From the IMG/VR virus record IMGVR_UViG_3300011102_000453, positions 1 through 43,362 of that record: a stretch of 43,362 nt of DNA. The stretch is one strand, 5' to 3'. Both the position numbers and the translations under genes were made by a program. Under the pieces are notes generated by a model, which saw nothing but the letters and a program-made list of their open reading frames with translations, was not told the DNA's origin and did no database searches. Origin of the DNA: a virus (Duplodnaviria > Caudoviricetes). Positions 36,801 through 43,362 of the stretch are shown piece after piece (positions within the stretch are counted from its first letter, which is position 1; every line of letters starts with the position of its first letter).

Positions 36801-37752
36801 CGAAGATGAGCGACAGGCGCTGAATGATCGCCCCGCGACGGAACGGGCAGCATTTCTACTGGTTCCGACCCCGGGACCTCTCTTGCGCTTCCCCATGGGG
36901 CAAGAGTTCGCGATCATCGCCGCTGGAGTCGAAGCTGCACTCAACCGACTGGCGGGTGAGGACCCATACAGCGCCAACGTCCTCGCACAAAGCCTTGTCC
37001 GTGCGTTGCCTCCAGGGATTGGCGAATTAGCCGAGGGCAACCTATCCGTGCCCATCCCTGGGGTACAGCAACTTTTTGAGAATGCCAAAAACCGACGCGA
37101 CTATGGCGGAGCGCCCGTGGTTCCCCGCCGGCTGGAAGATCTTCCGGCGTCTGAGCGCCGCCAGCCAACGACATCCCCAACCTTTGACGCAATTGCCGCA
37201 GGTGGGCGAGCTCTCGGCTTCGAGGAGTTTTCTCCGCTGCAAGCAGAAAACCTTGTCCGAGGTATAACGTCTGCGGCGACGCCGTTTATTACGTCCGCAA
37301 CCGATCCCATCGCCTCACGCATAATGGGCCGTGATGCCCAACCGAAAATCCCATTTGCGCCATCTGAGCATCCGTTAAATCCCGCCTCGTCCATTATTGC
37401 CCGCGATGTCCCCGGAGGAACGCAAAGCGAGCGAGAGTTTTATGAGATACGCGACAAGGTCCAGCAAGGAGCATCCTTGTTGCGTCAGATAAAAAAAACA
37501 AAGGATTATGCGGGAGTAGAGCGGCTTCGGGAGTATGCGCCGTATTTGGCTCCGGATGTTGCGAATGTTGTTGATGCCGTGGCGTCCGCAGCCAAGCGCA
37601 TCCGCGACCAAGAGGCCATGATCCAAAACGCTTATGGAGAGGGCAAGATCAACTCCCATGTTGCCCGCGAGGCGCTAAACAAGCTGAGAAGTCAGCGCCA
37701 GGAGATCATACGCCGTGGGATGTCTGTCATTCGTACTCGGGTGGGAATGTAA
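33853..37752 (+). CDS. Large internal virion protein (LPD38-like C-terminal region)
   Basis: 1299 aa; YVPF.R, T..NP.F...N..RD, RLGEY, VTLDF, VPFFN..LQ, LRFP.GQE, SP.QAE.L.RG motifs typical of LPD38-containing proteins. Confidence 0.75.
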   Translation: MTAPIQPADDPVARYLQKYGKTSQPHDPVERYLARYGKPNTDARTGVENFGRGVARGLSKTGTSTAKGVGWVAGLVSDDVGGRITNWANEQERLADEFYDPQGTVGKAGEIVGRVIGEGATTLAGGGLIGKAIQKLAPASKVARAITAGSKGNFAQRLTAQTAPFVPADFVLGAGAAEDGESRTGAGVTNVLLGAAGAGLIEGAASGYRAAKGALKGRGGDVAKSVEVPVVAREPKLLPERAGSYAGDAQLGPAIPMRGREIAAPPSTKRLGPKVPPQLIEAETNAQMDAIERALPMTRAQRRPLRKQIRADVKNRYGFADPAVLGQVAGAGGGALIGAAVDDENPGRGALIGFTLGAGSARMASKQIAKGLAREARASGLSDELAGAYERAASNIDFTGEIAKAADRSGTDRSLRGMISRFADQIGNGYLPIERIGERVDSKLRPSQNPRDLMSLFKSSDETVKQFLDNGVIDPVTRDVVGPSYKSLFEPFGQNDARIAQALTYIKAERDLGRGLSGVGGDAQALADAHTIVTHGRNDPVLQQFRQQWESYVDGIGNYAVKSGLWTPQLWERIKNSDALYVPFKRIMESGVSDVRRGAGRGLVNVTPGVKKFVGSRRAIANPAEAMAEYTALIIRRADRYRVGASLFDAAKELGPEGDLLLTRIDPSDIPASMRGSRAMQAIENAKSLGLNDDAASELAETFAIHHDPKNPVIWRNLPDGSREYAMVNSPSLWNALSMMHERDPGAVRQLLDVTIRPLKRVFTAATTGLNPRFALATNPIRDVVDASAKSQAGLTPKDIARGYYEGILDAFGKSDLADEAARFGMGHVSMFDQAIAPKAVARRIAPTFPRAKARSRIERTVSAPVRALEAAGSASDLGPRLGEYLATLRKYQHKVDAGEWTPADLRMRASTLGRGVTLDFANKPGNAVLRFFGDYVPFFNVALQAPVAMGRAAARNPRRVAGAASTVATATALAWALKQQLPEDERQALNDRPATERAAFLLVPTPGPLLRFPMGQEFAIIAAGVEAALNRLAGEDPYSANVLAQSLVRALPPGIGELAEGNLSVPIPGVQQLFENAKNRRDYGGAPVVPRRLEDLPASERRQPTTSPTFDAIAAGGRALGFEEFSPLQAENLVRGITSAATPFITSATDPIASRIMGRDAQPKIPFAPSEHPLNPASSIIARDVPGGTQSEREFYEIRDKVQQGASLLRQIKKTKDYAGVERLREYAPYLAPDVANVVDAVASAAKRIRDQEAMIQNAYGEGKINSHVAREALNKLRSQRQEIIRRGMSVIRTRVGM
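35794..35841. repeat. 48-bp dispersed direct repeat C, copy 2
   Basis: Matches 33409-33456 at 46 of 48 positions. Confidence 0.95.
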
Positions 37753-37760
37753 TGTTTCCC

Positions 37761-38072
37761 CTATTCAGTCGAACCCAGACCTGGGTAGCCACTCCAATAC
37801 TTTCTTCGCTCGCGAGTAATGGAATCTCGTCGCCGAACTTCCGCTACGGCAGTTTTGCTTGGCAGTTTTTCGAACTTGCCACTGGCTTCATTGAAGCAAA
37901 CTTGTTCCTTGTAGCGGTCCGCCCAATAACAGCGAACGGCTGTCCTCGAATTAAAGACGCTTCCGTCGCTTCGCATCTGCCATTTCGGTGCGATCAACGA
38001 ATACGTCAGGGCTCCGCTGACAACGATCAAGCAAGCCGAAAGGATATACCAGAACCAGCGAGGGGCGCTCAA
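37761..38072 (-). CDS. Membrane-anchored protein (moron)
   Basis: N-terminal TM helix; opposite strand to the late genes. Confidence 0.6.
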   Translation of the reverse strand: MSAPRWFWYILSACLIVVSGALTYSLIAPKWQMRSDGSVFNSRTAVRCYWADRYKEQVCFNEASGKFEKLPSKTAVAEVRRRDSITRERRKYWSGYPGLGSTE

Positions 38073-38086
38073 GGTTTATGCTCCAG

Positions 38087-38479
38087 CTATTTGGTGTATA
38101 TCCACAAATATCCGCCGTCACTGATGGTTAACGTGTTGCCAGACCACGATCCTGTCGTTGTTAACGCGCCTTCAGTGGAAACAAACGTCAACGAGCCCCC
38201 AGATTTTTTTATAACGCCACTGTCAGAAATAGTGGTTGTCCCACTTGCAACTTCAACAACAGCTGTCTGGCTGTATGTGTTGTCGCTCTTTAGGGTCACC
38301 GACGCAGAATGGAAAACAACATCGTCTCCGCCGATGGAGATAATGACTGGCAGTTCAATCCCATCGACCGTTTGTAGTGTATACGTACCACTCATAGGAT
38401 TGGGAGCGGTAGAATCGCCTCCACAAGCAAGAACGCCACACAACACGGCGAGAGCGGCAATCGCGCGAAACATTTTCAT
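38087..38479 (-). CDS. Lipoprotein, lipocalin-like beta-barrel (moron)
   Basis: Signal peptide with VLAC lipobox, then GGDSTAP..SGTYTLQTVDG..LP. Confidence 0.8.
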   Translation of the reverse strand: MKMFRAIAALAVLCGVLACGGDSTAPNPMSGTYTLQTVDGIELPVIISIGGDDVVFHSASVTLKSDNTYSQTAVVEVASGTTTISDSGVIKKSGGSLTFVSTEGALTTTGSWSGNTLTISDGGYLWIYTK

Positions 38480-38661
38480 GAAAGTCACCAGGTTGAAGGG
38501 GAGCCATAATTTGGCGTGCCGAAACCTTTCGCGCAACCGAATGAATCCCCACTCGCATTTCCGTCGCCCCTACCAGATCAGCCGATACGCGATGAGTGCC
38601 GCTGCCAGGATCCCCAACCAGACCCAGATCGGTGTTTTCTGCACGGACACGGAGTACTCCT

Positions 38662-38922
38662 ATGGATGAGTTTCTGAAGATTGCGGCATCGACAGCGGGT
38701 CTGATTATCGCCGCGCCAGCCACCTATTCCTGCATCACGTTCGCCCGCCATTGGGGTGCCGTGGTCGAGAAGCTCGACCGCGTGGCTGACTCCTTCGACA
38801 AATATGCCGAGCGGAATGACGAGCGGAGTGCCCAGCATGCCGAGCGGATCTCTCGGATCGAGGCCAAGGTGGATGCGATCTACACCCCGCACACCCGGTT
38901 TCCGCGGCTCACAGACGACTAA
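38662..38922 (+). CDS. Putative holin-type membrane/coiled-coil protein
   Basis: GGAG RBS; N-terminal TM and ERISRIEAK coiled coil; head of the lysis cassette. Confidence 0.55.
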   Translation: MDEFLKIAASTAGLIIAAPATYSCITFARHWGAVVEKLDRVADSFDKYAERNDERSAQHAERISRIEAKVDAIYTPHTRFPRLTDD

Positions 38923-38929
38923 CACCTAG

Positions 38930-39196
38930 ATGACGTCACCACAGCCCACTCCTTCTCACCCCATGCGACCGCCCCGTATTGTGGAATTTCTGGTCAGATT
39001 GACCGCCTTAGATGGCACTGACCACTGGCCCAGCTTCAATAAGCTGATCACGGTGGCGATTGTGTGCTCGTATTTCGTCGGGAAGATCATCCCGCCGGAA
39101 GTGGCCATCATCGTGATCACGTCGTCACATGGCGCCACCGCATGGCTCCGCTACCTCCGAGAGAAACCCAAGCCTACTGCCCCGCCCTCGCCATGA
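38930..39196 (+). CDS. Putative holin
   Basis: Two short hydrophobic helices; overlaps the endolysin start. Confidence 0.5.
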   Translation: MTSPQPTPSHPMRPPRIVEFLVRLTALDGTDHWPSFNKLITVAIVCSYFVGKIIPPEVAIIVITSSHGATAWLRYLREKPKPTAPPSP

Positions 39197-39723
39197 CGTA
39201 CCGCTCTCTCCAGTCTCGTGTTGTGCCGTTGAATAACGCCCGCTACCACGGTCCCAGACGATCACAATTCGACATCAACTTAATCGTGATGCACTGCACC
39301 GCTGGCGCAAGCGCACATTCGTCGATCGTCTATCTGAACCGCCCGAACTCGAATGCTCCAGCCTCGTATCACTATGTGATCGACCGAGACGGGACCATCT
39401 ATCGACATTGCCCACCCGATACGGTTGCCTATCATGCAGGAGATTCCGCATTCCCCGCAGATCCATCAAAGGCGAAGCAAGGCGGCTCGGTTAACCCTCA
39501 CAGTCTCGGCATTGCCTGGGCGAATCGGAACGACGGCGAACCGTTAACAGAACCACAAATTGAAAGCGCGCTCTGGCTCTGCAGCGTCTTTGAGATCCCT
39601 CCAGAGCGGGTCGTCGGGCACTGTGAAGTGTCGCCAGGACGCAAAACAGACCCGCAGCCATGTATGGACATGGATGAGTGGAGAAATCGCCTCAGGGCGT
39701 ATTTACAGGAGAAAGCAGCATGA
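39193..39723 (+). CDS. Endolysin, N-acetylmuramoyl-L-alanine amidase (Amidase_2)
   Basis: IVMHCTA, SYHYVIDRDG, AYHAG, N..SLGI, VVGHCEVSPGRKTDP. Confidence 0.92.
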   Translation: MTYRSLQSRVVPLNNARYHGPRRSQFDINLIVMHCTAGASAHSSIVYLNRPNSNAPASYHYVIDRDGTIYRHCPPDTVAYHAGDSAFPADPSKAKQGGSVNPHSLGIAWANRNDGEPLTEPQIESALWLCSVFEIPPERVVGHCEVSPGRKTDPQPCMDMDEWRNRLRAYLQEKAA

Positions 39724-40163
39724 TCATTCCGCCGCGGTACATTGTTGTCGCACTCCTCTGTATGGGAAGCTTCGCATTGGGCTGGCATCTCCACCCCCCT
39801 GCTCCACCGTCGTATCAGCCAACGATCGCGATCCGCGAACGTGCTGCGGCGGCGGAAACCGTGTTTGTTCGTGACACGGTCCACTTCGCTAAATGGCGCA
39901 CTCACTACGATACTGTCCGTGCCACGCTCAATATCCATGACACAGTTGAGGTTGTAAAATTCGTGCAGGTAGCGGATACGACCATCTTTTCCTGCCGAAA
40001 GGCGCTCCTCAGTTGTACCACTGCCCTGCAAAAGAAGGATACGGTAGTACACACCCAAGCCCGGGTGATCGAGCAGCACCAGAAACCTCGTTCGTTTGTC
40101 CGTGATCTTGTGGTAGGAGCAAGCATGGTTACGCTCGCGGGGATTTTCCTAAAAAATCGATAG
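39720..40163 (+). CDS. Putative spanin (Rz-like)
   Basis: Follows the endolysin; N-terminal TM, helical middle, hydrophobic C-terminus. Confidence 0.5.
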   Translation: MIIPPRYIVVALLCMGSFALGWHLHPPAPPSYQPTIAIRERAAAAETVFVRDTVHFAKWRTHYDTVRATLNIHDTVEVVKFVQVADTTIFSCRKALLSCTTALQKKDTVVHTQARVIEQHQKPRSFVRDLVVGASMVTLAGIFLKNR

Positions 40164-40165
40164 CG

Positions 40166-41335
40166 CTAGGGATTGCTCCGGCAATAGGCTGCAAATTGCT
40201 CATAGACCGACCTGCGAATGCGCTGTAGCCGAGGGCGGCAGTAATCACGAGATCGTACGTGATTCCAAGTAGCCAGTCTTTCCATTTGTCCCGGATTCGA
40301 CCGAATTTCTTGAATTTGTCGAGCTAGGGTGGCACTATCTTTGGGCTTGTGGAGGCATTCTTCAGGTAAGAGTTCTGGAATGCCTCCAACGCTTGAGCCT
40401 AGGGACGGACATGCTCTGAACATGGCTTCAATCATAGCGCGAGGCATTCCTTCGGTATAGCTGGGTTGGAGATAAAGATCGATATTATCCAGCCAATCAT
40501 ATACGGCTGCCCCAGCGGGGCGTGATCCGTCGAAATGGACACGGTGTCCGATTCCCATACGCTGAGCCATGTGACGCCATGGCTCAGGTGATCCTGGCCC
40601 CAGGATACGAAGTGAAAGAGTGTCATCACCAATGCGGCGCAGAGCATCGAATGCAGTTTCAATCCCCTTATAACGGGGTGTGAGCGAGGCGATTATACCT
40701 AGGACAAAATCGCATTTGATACGGTGGATTCTTTCAATTCGACGATGTAGCGTTAGGCTGTCTGGTTCCGGGATTTCAACATTAGAGCAAGCAACCGACC
40801 ACCCTTCTGTTGGATAGCGGCGTTGAAGAAACTGTTGGGTGACATAGACTGCGAACGGTGCATGCTCTACAGCTTTGCGCATAGAGTGACGCCAGACAGG
40901 GGCGAGCGGTGCAATGTATGCGCCACCATAGTTCAGAGCCACATCCCATGGGCACCCTACAACTTCAACCATCCATGGCTTTCGGAGCCGTTTCGCAACG
41001 CGAATGGCCGCAATGCTGATTTGACTCGGGACCCGTGCGATTAGTCCTGCTGCCTGCTTGAGTTGCAGTTCAATTGCATCTTCCACTTGCCGCCGTTTTG
41101 TAATAGTATCCCAAGGATGGCTCAACGACGCCACATATTCAAACTCAATACCCGGACCGCTCGATACCGACAGCTGCCCAGGAGTATCGGTAGTGCCATG
41201 ACGGCCTATCACGGTCATCCTATCAAAGACTTCTAGGTAGCGCTCCCAGACTGCGTAAGGAAATGTGCCATCGCTATAGGCAATCCCGTTCTGGTCGCAA
41301 AGAAATCGATGATCGTGCGAGAAAACTATATGCAT
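40166..41335 (-). CDS. GT4-family glycosyltransferase (moron)
   Basis: YKGIE, DLYLQPSYTEGMPRAMIEAM...P.LGSSVGGIPELL GT-B signature; visibly more AT-rich than its flanks. Confidence 0.92.
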   Translation of the reverse strand: MHIVFSHDHRFLCDQNGIAYSDGTFPYAVWERYLEVFDRMTVIGRHGTTDTPGQLSVSSGPGIEFEYVASLSHPWDTITKRRQVEDAIELQLKQAAGLIARVPSQISIAAIRVAKRLRKPWMVEVVGCPWDVALNYGGAYIAPLAPVWRHSMRKAVEHAPFAVYVTQQFLQRRYPTEGWSVACSNVEIPEPDSLTLHRRIERIHRIKCDFVLGIIASLTPRYKGIETAFDALRRIGDDTLSLRILGPGSPEPWRHMAQRMGIGHRVHFDGSRPAGAAVYDWLDNIDLYLQPSYTEGMPRAMIEAMFRACPSLGSSVGGIPELLPEECLHKPKDSATLARQIQEIRSNPGQMERLATWNHVRSRDYCRPRLQRIRRSVYEQFAAYCRSNP

Positions 41336-41631
41336 AATTGACGGAATGGACGCCCTAACATAGCATAGTAAAAAAAATCGCACCAGAGGTGCGAAAGCCG
41401 CTTCCCTCGGTCCAGCGCTCTCCCCAGCTCCTCCCAGGACACCCCGAGGGCATCAATCACGTTCCCCACGGTATTAATCGTCACATGGCGCTGATCCCGT
41501 TCGATCATGCCAATAAACGTGCGGTCTACGCCCGCCTCAAAGGCGAGTCGCTCCTGCGTGAAATCCGCCTCCTCGCGATAGGCGCGGAGGGTGGGGCCGA
41601 TGACATGGGAGACAGGGTGATCTTTCGCCAC
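41326..41631 (-). CDS. XRE HTH regulator, R-M controller (C-protein)-like
   Basis: LRAYRE...TQERLAFEAGVDRTFIGMIER..R..TI......AL.VS. Confidence 0.88.
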   Translation of the reverse strand: MAKDHPVSHVIGPTLRAYREEADFTQERLAFEAGVDRTFIGMIERDQRHVTINTVGNVIDALGVSWEELGRALDRGKRLSHLWCDFFYYAMLGRPFRQLCI

Positions 41632-41637
41632 AGGGCC

Positions 41638-41676
41638 AGTCTAGCCCTAGACCGACTACTCTTCGACAGACTAGTC
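41638..41676 (-). promoter_or_regulatory. Leaderless promoter with tandem C-box-like operators
   Basis: -10 TAGACT 6 nt before the GTG; GACTAGTC (41669-41676) and GAGTAGTC (41654-41661) 15 bp apart. Confidence 0.6.
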
Positions 41677-41793
41677 GTCTCATTTCAAATCGACCCGATG
41701 TAACACGATTGCGTCTATACGATTGAGGGCGCCACGCACGCGCGTCACGATTCCCTGTTACGATCAAAAACACGGGCCGTCATTTGTTTAGTG

Positions 41794-41834
41794 TTGACGA
41801 AACGAACAGGGCGTCGTATGTTCTTGGCGCCCTG
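41794..41834 (+). promoter_or_regulatory. Rightward sigma70 promoter with inverted repeat across the -10
   Basis: TTGACG-N17-TATGTT; CAGGGCG...CGCCCTG. Confidence 0.7.
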
Positions 41835-41989
41835 CATTTCACATGACGGACGCTGCAGGGTACTCCGAACGCCAGAACACCGGCCAGGGCGGCAACCCTG
41901 AACCGGTGTCTGTCGAGGAGTCTTTCATCTACCTCGTGCGAGTCGGTGTTAGCGCACCTTCCCGCATGGTCACCCTAGGAACAGACCCT

Positions 41990-42508
41990 ATGGCAACCAC
42001 GTTAAACGTAGCTCCAAGCTGCTGTGCAGACAATGCACCGCCGTCACTCACTTCTCCGTGTCCCCGCTGTGGCTATGCCCCACGTCCTCCACGGCCTTGT
42101 CCCGACTCGGTTCCGGTCCAACTCAAACTGAGCCGTGCCACAGCACTGCGCCAAAAACTTCGTCGACTCATTGAGGAATCAAATCTCCCTCAAGGAGTTT
42201 TTGGCGCATGTGTTTTCGGCGTCGATGAAACGACGATCTGTTCGTATCTCGCGGGCGGGAAAATCCCAAACAAGCGGGAACGACAAATCAATCAAATCGA
42301 GCAAGTCATCGTGAAAGGCGGAGCACTGCTCGTGATCTCGTCGTTTCAGTACAACCCCCGCTGGAATTTTCACCTGAAAGCTCGGGCCCGTGACCGGCAG
42401 ACATCCTGCCGCCGCAAGCGCCTTCGATACCGTAACCGATTTATTGGGTCACCTGCCCAATACCACCTCGAGAAGTACGCAGAATATTACCAAAACGCGA
42501 CTTTATAG
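41990..42508 (+). CDS. Zn-finger plus HTH protein
   Basis: CPRCG; LIEESNL....FG..VFGVDETTI..YL.G..IP HTH; AGGA RBS (alternative start at 41843). Confidence 0.6.
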   Translation: MATTLNVAPSCCADNAPPSLTSPCPRCGYAPRPPRPCPDSVPVQLKLSRATALRQKLRRLIEESNLPQGVFGACVFGVDETTICSYLAGGKIPNKRERQINQIEQVIVKGGALLVISSFQYNPRWNFHLKARARDRQTSCRRKRLRYRNRFIGSPAQYHLEKYAEYYQNATL

Positions 42509-42589
42509 TAGTGAAGCACTGTATCAATAGGAATATCCAAATGCCACTTTATATATTATACGAAGTTAATTATACTTTCCTCTGTGAGT

Positions 42590-42611
42590 CCGGACGGTCT
42601 AGACAGTCCGG
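42590..42611. promoter_or_regulatory. 22-bp near-perfect palindrome downstream of an AT-rich promoter region
   Basis: CCGGACGGTCTAGACAGTCCGG; TATACT -10 at 42571-42576. Confidence 0.55.
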
Positions 42612-42633
42612 CACCCAACGTCACGGAGGAACA

Positions 42634-42834
42634 ATGCCCTATATCGATCGAGTTCGGCTGAAGCCGGGAACGGCCGAAAAAATTGGACAGGAATTAGGCT
42701 GTAGCCCGCGGCACGTCCGCTATGTGGCCAACGGCCAGCGACCGGGGTCGCACGCGCTCGTCGCGAAGATCAAAGCGAATATCGTTCGCCCCCACACAAC
42801 CACACACAAACGTTTCCCTGGGAGCGCTGCATGA
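42634..42834 (+). CDS. Cro-like HTH protein
   Basis: GGAGG RBS; KIGQELGCSPRHVRYVANGQR. Confidence 0.75.
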   Translation: MPYIDRVRLKPGTAEKIGQELGCSPRHVRYVANGQRPGSHALVAKIKANIVRPHTTTHKRFPGSAA

Positions 42835-42971
42835 CCGCCGCGGAACTGGGGCGCCTCACCGTGTGCGCGCTTCTCTTCGTCCTCGTCAGCGGGATTGTCG
42901 GGAGCCTGGTCGGCCGACGCCTCCAACGGCGTTTGGAGGACGACGAGCAGCAAAAAGGCCCTCGGGCTTGA
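42831..42971 (+). CDS. 46-aa single-TM microprotein
   Basis: Read by hand; ATGA overlap; hydrophobic core followed by a charged tail. Confidence 0.55.
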   Translation: MTAAELGRLTVCALLFVLVSGIVGSLVGRRLQRRLEDDEQQKGPRA

Positions 42972-43043
42972 CGGAGCCACGAGAGCCTTTCGGGAGTTGC
43001 AATGAAACTCCCTTGAAACTTAACCCCACTTTGGAGCAATGCA

Positions 43044-43196
43044 ATGAAACGATGGATCCTTGTCGCTCTTTGGATGTTCGGTCTCACCGCGTGTGAGGCG
43101 GGTGTGACGTGCCCGATCCCTAGAGTCCTGCGAACAGTCCCTGCCCCTCACCCTCCCGTGTGGATTCCCGCGGTAACGCTTCGGGGAGGAAGCTAA
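43044..43196 (+). CDS. 50-aa putative lipoprotein
   Basis: Read by hand: GGAG RBS, MKRWILVALWMFGLTAC lipobox. Confidence 0.55.
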   Translation: MKRWILVALWMFGLTACEAGVTCPIPRVLRTVPAPHPPVWIPAVTLRGGS

Positions 43197-43198
43197 CC

Positions 43199-43362
43199 AT
43201 GCAGATCGATATCGTAGCCATGTGCCCTCTCTGTGACACGTCACTTTATAACGGCGTGGCGGAAGTCGTTACACAAACGCCGTTCGGAACGGTCCACCGC
43301 CTTTGCGAACTTGAACAACGAGTGCAGGAACTCGAACGGCTTATCAAGACAATGAAGAACCA
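43199..43362 (+). CDS. 64-aa Zn-finger/coiled-coil protein spanning the circular junction (ends at 154)
   Basis: GGAGG RBS; MQIDIVAMCPLC...HRLC...NYAIR* when the ends are joined; ATGA overlap with ORF 151. Confidence 0.75.
   Translation, partial: MQIDIVAMCPLCDTSLYNGVAEVVTQTPFGTVHRLCELEQRVQELERLIKTMKN
43240..43362. repeat. Terminal direct repeat, copy 2
   Basis: Identical to 1-123. Confidence 0.97.

Noticed and set aside
33853-37752. Tape measure protein or virion RNA polymerase
   Set aside because: No tail tube or tail chaperone genes and no polymerase motifs; the sequence fits an LPD38-type internal virion protein.
41336-41383. Longer N-terminus for the glycosyltransferase
   Set aside because: The GT-B fold begins at MHIVFSHD (41335); the extension overlaps the XRE gene.

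Overview
The window is an apparently complete, circularly assembled dsDNA tailed-phage genome of about 43,239 bp. Bases 1-123 are repeated at 43240-43362, and a 64-codon ORF reads across the junction. Gene order: (i) rightward recombination/replication block (Rad52/22-type annealing protein, replication initiator with an internal iteron and AT-rich origin, DnaB, HNH, RusA-like resolvase, RtcB RNA ligase); (ii) leftward anti-CRISPR-like island at 8.2-11.9 kb (AcrVA2-family gene, possible AcrIE9-like gene, RHH and Aca-like HTH regulators, two promoters sharing a 26-bp upstream repeat); (iii) putative terS, then a 3.9-kb accessory block with an atypical tRNA-Trp, a structured RNA ending in a terminator that hides the RBS of a Tad2-family sponge gene, and an Acb2/Tad1-hairpin gene; (iv) terL and a podovirus-type morphogenesis module (portal, scaffold, capsid, two adaptors, beta-helix tailspike, split nozzle, three ejection-type proteins, no tape measure); (v) lipoprotein morons, lysis cassette, a GT4 glycosyltransferase moron and HTH regulators. 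I recognised no integrase, partition system or reverse transcriptase. Several proteins resemble Gemmatimonadota families as I remember them, which suggests that host. The most unusual signals are the switch-like RNA leader of tad2, the modular acr island, and two independent ~48-bp near-perfect intragenomic copies sitting in-frame in unrelated genes. All family assignments come from motif recognition by eye, not from database searches.
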